From an uncultured bacterium (GTDB lineage Bacteria > Oederibacteriota > PGYV01 > CAWJRG01): a stretch of DNA of 64,000 nt. Location: contig CAWJRG010000010.1 in the NCBI GenBank assembly GCA_963845185.1, positions 736,001 through 800,000 on the forward strand. Reading direction: 5' to 3'. Below the pieces are notes generated by a model. That model saw nothing but the letters and a program-made list of their open reading frames with translations, was not told the DNA's origin and did not search any database. The position numbers were made by a program, and so were the translations under genes. Below are positions 1 to 10,658 of the stretch, piece after piece (positions within the stretch are counted from its first letter, which is position 1; each line of letters opens with the position of its first letter).

Positions 1-1891
1 CCCTGTCACTTAATATAATAAAGGAATATCCCTCGTTAATCGCGGCCTCTGCCTGGCTGCAGATGTTGTCAAGAGCGGATAAAAAATCTTTTTTATTATT
101 TGCGCCGTATAAAAGCGATATTGTTTTTGTTCTGAACCCCCTAGTATTGATGTTCCTTATTTTTTCAAGCTCGCTGTTTTTCAGTACAGGCGTTTTTATC
201 TCAAGCTTGTGGCAGTGGCTGGTGCCGTCCATGAGTATATTTTTCTGCTGGCCTATGTAAGCTTCCAGGCTCATTACGACTTTTTCGCGTATCGAGTCTA
301 TGGGAGGGTTTGTAACCTGCGCGAACAGCTGCTTGAAATACAGATAAAGCATTTGTGGGTTTTTTGAAAGAACGCCTGGCGGCGTGTCGTTGCCCATGGC
401 ACCTGTCGGGTCCTTTGCTTCCTCGGCCATGGGTTTAAAAATTTCCTTTAAATCCTCCCTTGTGTATCCGAATGCCTTCATCAGTGTCATGGTATCTGCA
501 TCTGAATAATCTTTTGCCGGCTCTTCAGCCAGCTCGTTAAGCGATACCATTTCATTTTTTATCCATTCGGAATAAGGTTCTTTTTGCGACATTTCTTTTT
601 TTATCTCGCTGTCATTTACGATTTTGCCCTTCTCGGTATCTATAAAAAATATCTTGCCCGGCTCAAGCCTGCCTGATTTTTCAATATTATCGGCCTCTGC
701 ATCATATACTCCGACCTCTGACGCCATTATGACAAAATCGTCTTTTGTAATTATATACCTTGCAGGCCTCAGGCCGTTCCTGTCAAGCACTGCCCCGACT
801 TTTGTGCCGTCGGTAAAAGCCACTGCCGCTGGGCCGTCCCACGGCTCAGTAAGGCAGGCGTTGTACTTATAAAAACTTCTTAAATTATCGTCAAGAAAAT
901 CATTGTGCTCCCATGCAGCCGGTATGAGCATCATAATGGCCTGCTGAGTTTGCCTGCCTGAAAGCGCCAGAAGCTCGAACATGTTGTCGAGCATTGCCGA
1001 ATCGCTGCCGCCCTCGACTATGACAGGTTTTACTTTCTCAATATCAGCTCCAAAAAGTTCGGACTCAAGAAGGCTCTCCCGCGCCGTCATCCAGTTTATG
1101 TTCCCGCGGAGAGTGTTTATCTCACCGTTGTGCGCGAGGAACCTGAAAGGCTGGGCAAGGTCCCATGTCGGGAAAGTATTTGTGGAATAGCGGGAGTGCA
1201 CCAGGCAGATGGCGCTTTTGATGCTGGTATCCTGCAAATCAAGAAAAAATTCGTCAATCTGTTCCGGCATTAAAAGCCCCTTGTAAATAAAAGTACGGCA
1301 TGAAAGGTTTGTAATATAAAACCACGATTTGGTTATGCCTGCTGCCTTGACTTTGTTTTCAATGCTCTTCCTGATTACGTAAAGTTTCCTTTCAAAAGCA
1401 AGGCTGTCCTGAAGCGATTCAGGTCTTTTTATGAATACCTGTTCAAATTTCGGAGCTGTCAATTTCGCAGTCTTTCCTATTGCGGTTTTATCGACAGGCA
1501 CGCTGCGCCAGCCAAGCAGAGAACATCCCTCTTCATTGATGATTTTAACAAAGGTTTTTTTGCAGAATGCATAGTCTTTTTTGTTTTTCGGCAGGAATAT
1601 AAGTCCTGTGCCGTATTCGCCAGGACCCGGCAGATCAATTTTCTTTTTTGTGCATACTTTTTTGAAAAACTCGTGAGGCATCTGTATCAGTATGCCTGCG
1701 CCGTCGCCTGTTTTGGGGTCAGCGCCTGTTGCACCGCGGTGAGCCAGCCTTTTTACTATATCAATGCCTTTTTTTACGACATAATTGGTTTTTACACCTT
1801 TTATGTTGCATAAAAATCCTACGCCGCAGGAGTCATGCTCTAAGGAAGGGTCGTATAAACCCTGTTTTTCAGGAAAACCCGGTTTTATCAT
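1..1891 (-). CDS. gltB: Glutamate synthase large subunit, 5' part (runs off left edge)
   Basis: Manual minus-strand translation from ATG at 1891: MIKPGFPEKQGLYDPSLEHDSCGVGF...HRGATGADPKTGDGAGI; later HSRYSTNTFPTWDLAQPFR, HNGEINTLRGN, PWDGPA, LDRNGLRP, FAQVTNPPIDSIRE. These are GltB GATase-2 and central-domain motifs. Confidence 0.97.
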   Translation of the reverse strand, partial: MIKPGFPEKQGLYDPSLEHDSCGVGFLCNIKGVKTNYVVKKGIDIVKRLAHRGATGADPKTGDGAGILIQMPHEFFKKVCTKKKIDLPGPGEYGTGLIFLPKNKKDYAFCKKTFVKIINEEGCSLLGWRSVPVDKTAIGKTAKLTAPKFEQVFIKRPESLQDSLAFERKLYVIRKSIENKVKAAGITKSWFYITNLSCRTFIYKGLLMPEQIDEFFLDLQDTSIKSAICLVHSRYSTNTFPTWDLAQPFRFLAHNGEINTLRGNINWMTARESLLESELFGADIEKVKPVIVEGGSDSAMLDNMFELLALSGRQTQQAIMMLIPAAWEHNDFLDDNLRSFYKYNACLTEPWDGPAAVAFTDGTKVGAVLDRNGLRPARYIITKDDFVIMASEVGVYDAEADNIEKSGRLEPGKIFFIDTEKGKIVNDSEIKKEMSQKEPYSEWIKNEMVSLNELAEEPAKDYSDADTMTLMKAFGYTREDLKEIFKPMAEEAKDPTGAMGNDTPPGVLSKNPQMLYLYFKQLFAQVTNPPIDSIREKVVMSLEAYIGQQKNILMDGTSHCHKLEIKTPVLKNSELEKIRNINTRGFRTKTISLLYGANNKKDFLSALDNICSQAEAAINEGYSFIILSDR

Positions 1892-1940
1892 TTTTTGCCT
1901 TTGTTTATGCACGTTCTTTTAGCTTAAATGGTCGGTTTAA

Positions 1941-2039
1941 ACAAAAAAGCCCTTTTATATGCTTGTGGCCTATAAAAGGGGTGCTTTTATATTTTCGTTT
2001 GGCCTGAGACTAAAAAACCCCAAAATTTCTTGGGGCTTA
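1941..2039 (-). terminator. Two tandem intrinsic-terminator-like hairpins in the gltB 5' leader
   Basis: Minus strand: AAGCCCCAAG-AAAT-TTTGGGG followed by TTTTTT (2012-2039), and CCCTTTTATA-loop-TATAAAAGGG followed by CTTTTTT (about 1943-1980). Confidence 0.7.
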
Positions 2040-2072
2040 ATGCCGTAGTAAAATTTTTTATTTTCGCGCATG

Positions 2073-2100
2073 ATTATATCACTCGGTAAAATATTGTCAA
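2073..2100 (-). promoter_or_regulatory. sigma70 promoter for gltB
   Basis: Minus strand TTGACA-N16-TATAAT with extended -10 TGn. Confidence 0.8.
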
Positions 2101-2304
2101 GTTTTTTGCATAAAGTATCTGAAATTGCTGTGAAACAGGCGTTCATTCCCGTTCAAACCATGACTATTTTGACCAGACGATGGACATGCTAAACTTGAGA
2201 ATGCCATAATCCGGCAGTCCAAATAATTTAAAACTTGCAAGCAAGCAAAGGCTGAGGTATTATGTAGTACCTGAAAATAAATATATAAAAGCACGGAGGC
2301 ATGA

Positions 2305-3411
2305 ATGGAAGAAAAAAATAAATGGTTGAATATAATAGCCATAGGCCTTATATGTGTTTCCCTTGTTTTTATGGCAATAAAAGTGGCCAGATACTGCCTG
2401 GCAGGAAACGGCCCGGATCTGACCAGGACTTTTGTGGCAGCTTCGGACAGGATGGACAAGGGGATAAACCCATACGGTGTTTTTAAAGGCGAGGAAGCCC
2501 AGCCGTTTTTATATCCTCCCATCTGGCTCAACTATTTTAAGGCAATAAAACACTGGAACCATTATTACGTGCATACAATAATCAATATCGCTGCGCTGGC
2601 GGGCTTGCTCTGCCTGTTGATAAAATTTATGCGGCTGACCAGGACGCAGGCAGTGTTGTTTGTTGTTTTCTTTTTGTTCGGATTTCATGACAGTACAATT
2701 ATTGATTTGCATCAGGGCAACATGTCCTTGCTTGAAATGCTTTTCCTGTGGCTGGGACTGTATCTTATCGCTGAAAAAAAATATTACTGGTCCGCTTTAT
2801 TTATTGTCCTTGCCGGGAGCGTAAAACTGTATTTCTGGGCATTTGGGGCGCTGTTCTTTTTTGTGGGTGAGGAAAAAGACAGGAAAAAAATAATAGCCGT
2901 GTTTGTCGCGCTTGTGGCAGTTTATTTGCTTGCAAATTACGTATTTTATAAACAGGAATTCGCGGGCTGGATAAAAAATATTACAACCAGGAACGATCCA
3001 TACCCGCTTATCGACAGGAATCCCTTGCCGCAGCTTACGATACCTTTTGCAATTATCTGGCTTGCCGCTTCCGCGGCGAGCTTGGTATTGTTTGCAAAAC
3101 TGTTTAACAAATATGATTTGAGTACAATGCTTCTGCTGTCCACTATTATTTTAAATGTGATTGCGCCCCGGTTTAAGGCGCATCAGTACATGTTTTTAGT
3201 GCCTGGATTTTTCATGTATTACTTATATACGCAAAAATTTGAAAACATGAAATGGTACGGAACCGCTATAATGCTGCTGCTTGTCATACCGTGGGCATGG
3301 AACACGTATTTTCTTTCGTATTTTTACTGGGTAGTCCTCATATTAATATTATGGCCAATGTACAGAAATGAGTTCGTATGGCAGAACAAAATATTGAAGG
3401 ACCATGCCTGA
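2305..3411 (+). CDS. GT87 (DUF2029)-like GT-C membrane glycosyltransferase
   Basis: Multi-TM protein with D..., NPY, FLYPP, QGNMS and VKLY motifs typical of GT87. RBS GGAGG upstream. Confidence 0.75.
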   Translation: MEEKNKWLNIIAIGLICVSLVFMAIKVARYCLAGNGPDLTRTFVAASDRMDKGINPYGVFKGEEAQPFLYPPIWLNYFKAIKHWNHYYVHTIINIAALAGLLCLLIKFMRLTRTQAVLFVVFFLFGFHDSTIIDLHQGNMSLLEMLFLWLGLYLIAEKKYYWSALFIVLAGSVKLYFWAFGALFFFVGEEKDRKKIIAVFVALVAVYLLANYVFYKQEFAGWIKNITTRNDPYPLIDRNPLPQLTIPFAIIWLAASAASLVLFAKLFNKYDLSTMLLLSTIILNVIAPRFKAHQYMFLVPGFFMYYLYTQKFENMKWYGTAIMLLLVIPWAWNTYFLSYFYWVVLILILWPMYRNEFVWQNKILKDHA

Positions 3412-3495
3412 TATTAATCACCCCGGCCAGTTTTCAACGCACATTGGTAATGAAACAAAGCGGTTAAAAATCAATATATTAAAGGAACCTGCAAT

Positions 3496-5943
3496 ATGAA
3501 CATAAAAATAAACAGGGAAAGCTTAAAAACTCCGGCTGTAATATTCATTTTTATCCTGGTTGTTCTGGTATTTTTCAGCAATATTGTTTTTATGGGAAAA
3601 AGCCTTGTCTGCGGGGATTTGATATTGGAGCATGTGCCCAATAAACAGTTTATATCGTCAAGCTTGCTTAACGGGCATTTCCCTTTATGGATGCCTGGCA
3701 TACTTTTTGGATTCCCTTTGTTTGCTTCTGCCCAGGAGGGAGTGCTGTATCCTGTCAATCTTGCCCTGATGCATTTCCCGGCAAACAGGCAGATTGATTA
3801 TTCCGTGCTGATTCATTACCTTATTTCCGGCATTTTTATGTTTATATATTTGATGCGCATTATAAAAAACAGGAAAATTGCATTCCTTGGAATGGTAACA
3901 TGGGTCTTCTCTGGGATGTTTGTATACTGGTCGAATGTATCCTGGATAATGGCCATGAGTTATACCCCTCTTTTCTTTTATCTTGCCGAATCCTATGCTG
4001 CCACAAAAAAAATCAGGTATGCTTTTGCGTTGCCTCTGGTTGTTTCAATCACTATTTTTACTGGTCAGGTGCAGTCCACCCTGTATATATTTATCATTAC
4101 CATGCTGTATTACATTTTGCGTATTGAATGGAATAAAAACACTGTTCTGTTAAATATAAAGAGCACAGTTTTTTTTGCGTTGTGCGCCCTTTTCGGCGTG
4201 GCAATTGCCGGGGTGCAGGTGCTCCCGTCGCTTGAACTGACGCAATTTTCCACCAGAAAAGGAAGCACTTGGATGCAGTATGTGCTGGGTACGGAAAAAG
4301 TATCATTGACTAATATAATTAATACTGTTTTCCCCTACATGTTCGGTTCCACGCAAAACAACACTTATGCTGGTTTTGGTGTCACAAAATCCTGGTCCAT
4401 GTCGTATATATCCGTATATACCGGAATATCATGTTTTATTTTTTTATTATTTTCTTTTGGCCGCGTGCTTAACGACAAAAAAATAAGGCTTTTTCTTATA
4501 CTGGTCGCGGCCTCATTCCTGTTTTCTATGGGAGGGAATTTTTTCATTAACAGGCTGTTTGTATTTGTACCCGGGCTTTCAGTTTTCAGGAATCCGATAA
4601 GGATGATGGAGCCTTGTATTTTTCTTGTAATTTCTGCGGCCATGTACACGCTATCCGTGCTTAAGGAAGAGGCTGTCCCGGCAAAAGCCATGAAAATCAT
4701 ATTGTGCCTTGCATTGATAGCTTTAATTTCTGCAGCAGCAGTGCTTGTTGAGGAAAAAAATTTATTGCAGTCGATGTCGGGCGTAATCGGGAATATTGTT
4801 AAAACCAAATTCATGTCGGGCCAGTTTCATCATTATTCTTATGATTATTATTACAGCAAATTCTTGAACGCGGCAAATTTTGTTATTGCGCATATGGCCT
4901 TCCAGCTGGGTGTTCTTGTGGCAGTATTGCTTGTTTTTTTGTTTTATGGAACTAAAAAAATAGGCCGTGGAGCTTTTATCGTCCTGCTGATTGCAATGAC
5001 TGTTGCGGATTTATTTTTTAATTTTAAGGGCTTTGGGTGGGCGGCGGATTCAAAAATATTTAAAAATGAGCCGGAAACAGCCGCGTTTATTAAGCAATAC
5101 GATAAGGGGTATTACAGGATACTGCCGTGGAGGTATGTTGAAAACGAGGTATTTGTATTTAAAAACGGAAGGGCTCTTGGGACGGATAACGAATATAAGG
5201 ACTCTTTGGAAATGCTGACTCCCAATTTAAGCATGTACTATAAAATAAATAATTACGGGGGTTATGACCCTCTCGAATACAAGAAGCATGTTGATTTTCT
5301 TGCAGACACAGACAGCGGCGGCATGAAAGGCGGGGATTCATCCAATGAATGCCTGTCCAAGGGCTTTAATACGCTGAACCTGACATGCACAAAATATATA
5401 TTGTCTCCTTTTTCGCTGGATTTTAGGCAGTTGAGGCTTATAAATACAATAAAAACTATAAAAATTTATAAAAATACCGCTGCCCTTCCCATCATCAGTT
5501 TTGCGTCATCGGCACGTTATCTTAAAGACGACACGGATATTCTCGGCGAAATAAGGGGAAACAGGGTGAATTTTTCGCGTGAAGTGCTTATTAAAGGCGA
5601 AGGTAAAAATGAAAAAAGTCCCGGTAAGCCTGTCCTTATTAATGTTAAGAGATGGGATAGTGAAATTAATTTTACCGCAGAAACCCCGGTGCAGGGGTAT
5701 GCTGTGATTTCAAATTCATTTTATCCCGGATGGAAAGCATATGTGGACGGGGCGCAAACACATATTTATAATGCAGACTACATTTTTCAGGCTGTAAAGC
5801 TTGAAAAAGGCACGCATGAAATTAGGCTGATATATGAGCCTGATTCTGTAAAAAAAGGCACTGTCATTACCGTAATAAGTTTGATTTTGTATTTTGCATT
5901 ATTAATAACCGGAATTATATCAAGGAAAAAAATCAATTTTTAA
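3496..5943 (+). CDS. YfhO-family membrane glycosyltransferase-like protein
   Basis: GD...PLWMPGILFGFPLFA, GQVQ, FRNPIR; C-terminal FYPGWKAYVDG...ADYIFQAVKLEKGTHEIRLIYEP. Confidence 0.85.
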   Translation: MNIKINRESLKTPAVIFIFILVVLVFFSNIVFMGKSLVCGDLILEHVPNKQFISSSLLNGHFPLWMPGILFGFPLFASAQEGVLYPVNLALMHFPANRQIDYSVLIHYLISGIFMFIYLMRIIKNRKIAFLGMVTWVFSGMFVYWSNVSWIMAMSYTPLFFYLAESYAATKKIRYAFALPLVVSITIFTGQVQSTLYIFIITMLYYILRIEWNKNTVLLNIKSTVFFALCALFGVAIAGVQVLPSLELTQFSTRKGSTWMQYVLGTEKVSLTNIINTVFPYMFGSTQNNTYAGFGVTKSWSMSYISVYTGISCFIFLLFSFGRVLNDKKIRLFLILVAASFLFSMGGNFFINRLFVFVPGLSVFRNPIRMMEPCIFLVISAAMYTLSVLKEEAVPAKAMKIILCLALIALISAAAVLVEEKNLLQSMSGVIGNIVKTKFMSGQFHHYSYDYYYSKFLNAANFVIAHMAFQLGVLVAVLLVFLFYGTKKIGRGAFIVLLIAMTVADLFFNFKGFGWAADSKIFKNEPETAAFIKQYDKGYYRILPWRYVENEVFVFKNGRALGTDNEYKDSLEMLTPNLSMYYKINNYGGYDPLEYKKHVDFLADTDSGGMKGGDSSNECLSKGFNTLNLTCTKYILSPFSLDFRQLRLINTIKTIKIYKNTAALPIISFASSARYLKDDTDILGEIRGNRVNFSREVLIKGEGKNEKSPGKPVLINVKRWDSEINFTAETPVQGYAVISNSFYPGWKAYVDGAQTHIYNADYIFQAVKLEKGTHEIRLIYEPDSVKKGTVITVISLILYFALLITGIISRKKINF

Positions 5944-5963
5944 CAATACACCGGAGGACATTA

Positions 5964-6641
5964 ATGGCTGAAAAAAAGGAAATAATTTCCGCTGAACCTG
6001 GCCTTGTCGTGGATCCACAAACCAAAGACGAAGAAGTTGCCAACTCCATAACCCACGGCCTTGGGGCTGCGTTATCCGTGGCAGCGCTGGTTCTTTTGGT
6101 CGTCTTCGCGGCCAGGAAGGGCGATGCCTGGAAAATAACTTGCTTTTCTATATACGGCTCGACCCTCATTATATTATATGTTATGTCCACGCTCTCCCAT
6201 GCCATAATAGGAATAAGGTTAAAGCGCTTCTTTGAGCTGCTCGATTACTCAGCCATTTACCTTTTAATAGCAGGCACATACACACCCATTACCCTTATGT
6301 ATTTGCGGGGGCCCTGGGGCTGGTCTATTTTCGGCATAATTTGGGGATTTGCAGTAATAGGCATATTGTGCAAAGTCTTTCTTTTGGGCAAATGGGATTT
6401 TCTTTCAGTAATATTTTACATACTCATGGGTTGGATACTGGTCATCGCGTTTAAGCCCCTGCTGCACAATGCGCCTGGCGGGTTTATTAAATGGCTGGCA
6501 ATAGGCGGGGCATGTTACATGTTCGGGTCGTTCTTTTACCTTTTTAAAAAAATGCCGTTCCATCATCCCGTATGGCACTTGTTTGTCATAGCCGGCAGCG
6601 CGTGCCATTTTTTTGGTTTCCTTTTTTACATGGCACTATAA
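5964..6641 (+). CDS. Hemolysin III / PAQR family membrane protein
   Basis: EEVANSITHG, STLSH, LDYSAIYLLIAGTYTP, HPVWHLFV motifs. Confidence 0.92.
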   Translation: MAEKKEIISAEPGLVVDPQTKDEEVANSITHGLGAALSVAALVLLVVFAARKGDAWKITCFSIYGSTLIILYVMSTLSHAIIGIRLKRFFELLDYSAIYLLIAGTYTPITLMYLRGPWGWSIFGIIWGFAVIGILCKVFLLGKWDFLSVIFYILMGWILVIAFKPLLHNAPGGFIKWLAIGGACYMFGSFFYLFKKMPFHHPVWHLFVIAGSACHFFGFLFYMAL

Positions 6642-6767
6642 AAAAATAGGAATATTTTGGGTCTGGAACTGCCATCAGGTAGCAGCACAAAAAAGGATTA
6701 AAGACTTGCAAAAAAAATTGATTTTGGTATTATTTTGGTTATATTAAAAACATAACAGGAGGGTCAA

Positions 6768-7520
6768 ATGAAAAAAAATTTTGTAGCTGTTTTTTGCCTT
6801 ATTTTTATGGCAGTGATAATTTCTGCAGGATGCAAGAACCAAAAAACTTCGTCGCCTACTACAGTAATAATTGTAGCAACATCTACTCCCACTAAAATAC
6901 CGACCATTATAGACAACTTTGAAGCAGATACACCTTTAATGACGCCTGCGCAAAATCTGCTTGGTGGTTCTTGGGGTCATTGGGCAGCCCAAAATGCTGC
7001 AAATTCGCAGTACTGCTCTATCACTTTGACTGTTCTGACAGGGACAGGCGGATCCGGGTCAAACGCCCTGCAGATACTTGCAAATATTGTCGGAGATAAC
7101 TTTCCAAGCATTACGTGCCCTACGTTTTTTACGCCTGCTACATATACTGCTGTTGATATAAACACGCTTACAACAAACGGTTATACCGGGATAAGAATGA
7201 AAATGAAGCTTGTGCCAGGCAGCGGGAGCGGCAGCCATGTTAATTATGACATTCAACTGTTCGACTGGCGTATTCGTGATGGTTCTTACTGGATGTATGA
7301 TATGAATACCCTGCTTGTGCCAAATACATGGGTCACGGTAAGCGTGCCTTTTTCATACTTTAACATAGCAGGCTGGGGAGGCACAGGCGATTCCTATACA
7401 CGCTCGGATACTTACGCCAATATAAGCGGAATACAATGGGCAATTGAAACCAACGGCAGCGGGAGCGGCAACGCATACTATGGTATACAGTGGTATTTGG
7501 ATGATATAGAGATTTATTAG
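6768..7520 (+). CDS. Lipoprotein with CBM11/CIA30-like galactose-binding-fold domain
   Basis: Lipobox ISAG-C, Thr/Pro tether, then IIDNFE ... YTGIRMKMK ... WVTVSVPFSYF ... WYLDDIEIY beta-sandwich pattern. Confidence 0.7.
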   Translation: MKKNFVAVFCLIFMAVIISAGCKNQKTSSPTTVIIVATSTPTKIPTIIDNFEADTPLMTPAQNLLGGSWGHWAAQNAANSQYCSITLTVLTGTGGSGSNALQILANIVGDNFPSITCPTFFTPATYTAVDINTLTTNGYTGIRMKMKLVPGSGSGSHVNYDIQLFDWRIRDGSYWMYDMNTLLVPNTWVTVSVPFSYFNIAGWGGTGDSYTRSDTYANISGIQWAIETNGSGSGNAYYGIQWYLDDIEIY

Positions 7521-7692
7521 ATACCGGCAAAACCAAAAAATTTTTTAAAAATTATTGATGGATTGAAAACAAAAACCCCGGATTAATATAATTACAATCT
7601 GTCTGCATATAAACTCGCAGTAATAAAACACTTAACTCAGGCAAACTAATTTTATCATGCCTTTCTTTCGTGTATTATACCTGTTAATTATT

Positions 7693-9000
7693 CTATTGGG
7701 CCGGAATGCCTGGAGCGCCCTGGTTTGCCATCTCTTCTTCAGAAGCTCCGGGGTTATAAGGGTTCCCATTGGCGTCAAACATATCGAAAGACTTGTCATT
7801 TAGCTTCAAGATTATTTCAAGCGGCCTTCCATTGTTTGGGTCAGAAAACATCACATCCTGGACGCCTGAAGCCAGATAAATCGGGTTAAATTGAGGCGGG
7901 TTTGACGTATCATATAGGTAAGCATCCTGTGTATCCGCAACCACTTTTACTACCCTGGTATTATCCGGGCTTGTATAATTTTGCGTATTGTTATTCTCAG
8001 GTACGGTAACTGCTACATTGTCCTCTGCCGAGTTTACCGGTATGTAAGTGGTGTTATTATAACAGTACAGGTCTCCCATGTGATACGGGTCCTGCCACCA
8101 CCAGAAGCCGTCATTCCAGAAGCACCAGCGGTCATAATCTGCGTCATACCACCACCAGCGGTTATTGAAATGGCGCGTCCAGAAATATTTGCTGCCAACA
8201 TACCAGCCATACCAGTGATAGCCCGAATTGTCAATGTAATGGCAATAGGTAAAATTCCCGCCGTTATGCCAGTAGTAATGGTTATACTGGGTTTCGGTCT
8301 GATTAAAAACGCGTATTTTTGACTGAAAGGAAATACCGGCAACGAGTGACATTTGTGCCTTGACCACCTTGTCATTGAAATGCCGTAAAGAAACAGCCGC
8401 AGCGTTCAAAGGATGATTATTAAAACCTGTTCTTGGATAAGCAATCATGGAATGCTGCCTGTCCGTATGTATAACCTCTTCCCTGTTTGTAATATAACCC
8501 GGCTCGGATTTCACGCCGAGTTTTTTCAGTTTTGTACGGACATAATTCACCTGATAAGGATGATGGTGTACCACGCTTGTCTGATTGACACCTGTATTTA
8601 CAACCTGCCGTTGGTTCATTTTATTGTAAGTTTTGACTTCATTATTTTTTGGTTGGGTATTATAATAATTCTGCCTTTTGTTCTGGTTATTGGACGTCCA
8701 TTTCAGTTTGCCGTAATTGGGCGCATTGTTTACCTGCTGCTGTGCCGGCTGCTGTTTTTGCTGCGATGGATAATTCCGGTTATGCCCGCCGCTGGATCCA
8801 TGGTTCATGTTAATTACCACCGAGTTGTTCTTTGTGCCCTTTTGCTTGTAATTATCGTTATTCTGGTTTTTTGACTGGTTCTGGTTGTCTGAATTGCCAT
8901 TGTCATTATTCTGAAAATTACCGCCCCGTGCCATGACATTCAAGGCAGGCACTAAAATTACCGTCAAAATCAATGCTGTTAATCTTTTCATGTTGTTCAC
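7693..9000 (-). CDS. Secreted hypothetical protein with N/Q-rich region and Trp/Tyr-rich domain
   Basis: 435-aa ORF, RBS GAGGTG, N-terminal signal peptide, low-complexity Asn/Gln region, then YYWH...HWYGWY...RWWWY...FWWWQDPY. Confidence 0.8.
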   Translation of the reverse strand: MNNMKRLTALILTVILVPALNVMARGGNFQNNDNGNSDNQNQSKNQNNDNYKQKGTKNNSVVINMNHGSSGGHNRNYPSQQKQQPAQQQVNNAPNYGKLKWTSNNQNKRQNYYNTQPKNNEVKTYNKMNQRQVVNTGVNQTSVVHHHPYQVNYVRTKLKKLGVKSEPGYITNREEVIHTDRQHSMIAYPRTGFNNHPLNAAAVSLRHFNDKVVKAQMSLVAGISFQSKIRVFNQTETQYNHYYWHNGGNFTYCHYIDNSGYHWYGWYVGSKYFWTRHFNNRWWWYDADYDRWCFWNDGFWWWQDPYHMGDLYCYNNTTYIPVNSAEDNVAVTVPENNNTQNYTSPDNTRVVKVVADTQDAYLYDTSNPPQFNPIYLASGVQDVMFSDPNNGRPLEIILKLNDKSFDMFDANGNPYNPGASEEEMANQGAPGIPAQ

Positions 9001-9033
9001 CTCGTTAATGTATTTTAAATCGTATCTGAAAAT

Positions 9034-9062
9034 TAGACGTTTAATTTTCCCAAAAGATTACA
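9034..9062 (-). promoter_or_regulatory. Possible ECF-sigma-type promoter for the Trp-rich protein gene
   Basis: Minus strand TGTAAT-N17-CGTCTA about 35 nt upstream of the start codon, resembling TGNAAC/CGTCTA ECF promoters. Confidence 0.4.
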
Positions 9063-9190
9063 TAAAGCCGAATATTTTTATTCTTGCTGGATTTTTCCTC
9101 TATATTTATTATCCTCCAGCGCACTGAAAAAGTCAAAGCCAATTTTTTACTGTCAGGAAAATTTAAGAAAGCATGCCTTGCTTCCGGTGC

Positions 9191-10641
9191 TTATTTTACC
9201 ACAGCCATCTTTCCCCATTGTTTTTGTTTGGAGCCCTCGGCTGTTTCTATGCTGTAAATATATACCCCGCTTGCCGCTTCCCTGCCTGTTTTATTCCTGG
9301 TATCCCAGTATATGCTGTTCATGCCCGCAAGTCCCTGCTGCGAAAGTTCCACAACAACTTCCCCGCTTATTGTGTATATCTTTACATTTACTTCTGCCTC
9401 ATTGCACAACTGATAAATTATATTTGTGCCTTCAAAGCATGGGTTGGGCGAATTTTTATATAATGTCAGGCAAGGCGGCACTTGCGTCGTAGGCGTTGAT
9501 GTTATGGTAAAAGTTGGCGTTATTGTCGCGGAAACCGTCATGGTCGGCGGCGTTCCGGTTATTGTTGATGTTATAGTAATTGTGGGTGTTAATGTTATCG
9601 TGCTGGTTAAAGATGGGGTAACAGTCGGCGTGTTTGAAGGTGTAAACGGGCATATACTATTTCTCCAGAGGCCGTGCCCTCCACTCCCGCCTCCTGCCCA
9701 TAAATATCCTTCAGAGCAATCAGCCATCATGGGCCATATGCTGCTGAAAGTCATGCCGTCATTGTAAGCCTGCCATGTCATGCCGTTATCTGTGCTTAAT
9801 TGAACGCCTGCCATTCCTGACTCATAAAGCACAGGAGACCCGCAACAGCAGACATTTTCAATGCTTCTGGCGTTAGATTCCCCTGGTACCTGGCTCAAAA
9901 ATGATGTTGCGCCCGAAGTGCTGTTATAATAATAAACTGCCCCGCTTGTTTCCAAAAAATAAAAATTGCCCCGTATTGCGCAGTCAAATGACATCCACAC
10001 GACCCGCGAGGTTGTTGTTGACAAAGTGGTGATTGTGTCAGTGCTCCACGAGTAAACAGCCACGAGATAGTCCCCGCAAAGATACAATTGATCTGTATTC
10101 CACGGAGATTGATGAATGGACATTATGGTTGCATTGCTGACCGGGTTTGAGGGGTCCACCCGGTCCAGTTCAGCCCGGCATTAACGGTCCTGTAAGTTCC
10201 CATAGTAGTTGCAACAAGCAACTGGCTGCTGTTTCCTCCTACTATTTTTATTGAATGTGTGCTTGTCGCAGTCATGCCTGTCTGCAAATCCTGGAGCGTA
10301 ATTGCCGGGTCGAGCGCGTCAAGCGATTCTTCTACCATTTCCGACGAATTCCAGTTGGTGCCCCACAGCGTCGTAGGAGTGTTTGGGTCTATTAATAAAC
10401 TCTCGAAATTATACATGGTTGATATTTGTGCCCAGGTTGTGCCGTTGTCCGTGGTCCTGTATATGCCTCCGGCAGCCCATGAACCTGCAAAGACAACTCC
10501 TGTCCCGCCGTCACAAATCGAGGAAAACACCTGTGAATCAATGGTCGGGTATCCTGCAGTTACATCCTGCCAGGTATTTGAATAAGCAGAATTGACCAAC
10601 AATAGTAAAAATATTAAGAAAAATATTTGTCTTATTTTCGT
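9191..10641 (-). pseudogene. Secreted BNR/Asp-box beta-propeller with Thr/Pro linker and T9SS/FlgD-Ig-like CTD, split by a frameshift
   Basis: ORFs 10123-10602 and 9191-10159 join at ...AAC TGG ACC GG|GTG GAC (one base missing near 10160). Asp-box motifs YRTTDNGTTW and STDNGMTW. Signal peptide begins at ACG (10641) after RBS AGGAGAGG. Confidence 0.75.
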
Positions 10642-10658
10642 AATATCCTCTCCTGAAG

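Noticed and set aside
63..2007. Short plus-strand ORFs at the left edge
   Set aside because: They lie opposite gltB, which the ORF track missed because it runs off the window.
7630..7670. GGCAAAC element reminiscent of a c-di-GMP-I riboswitch
   Set aside because: Lacks the GNRA/receptor and P3 elements, and lies between convergent genes.
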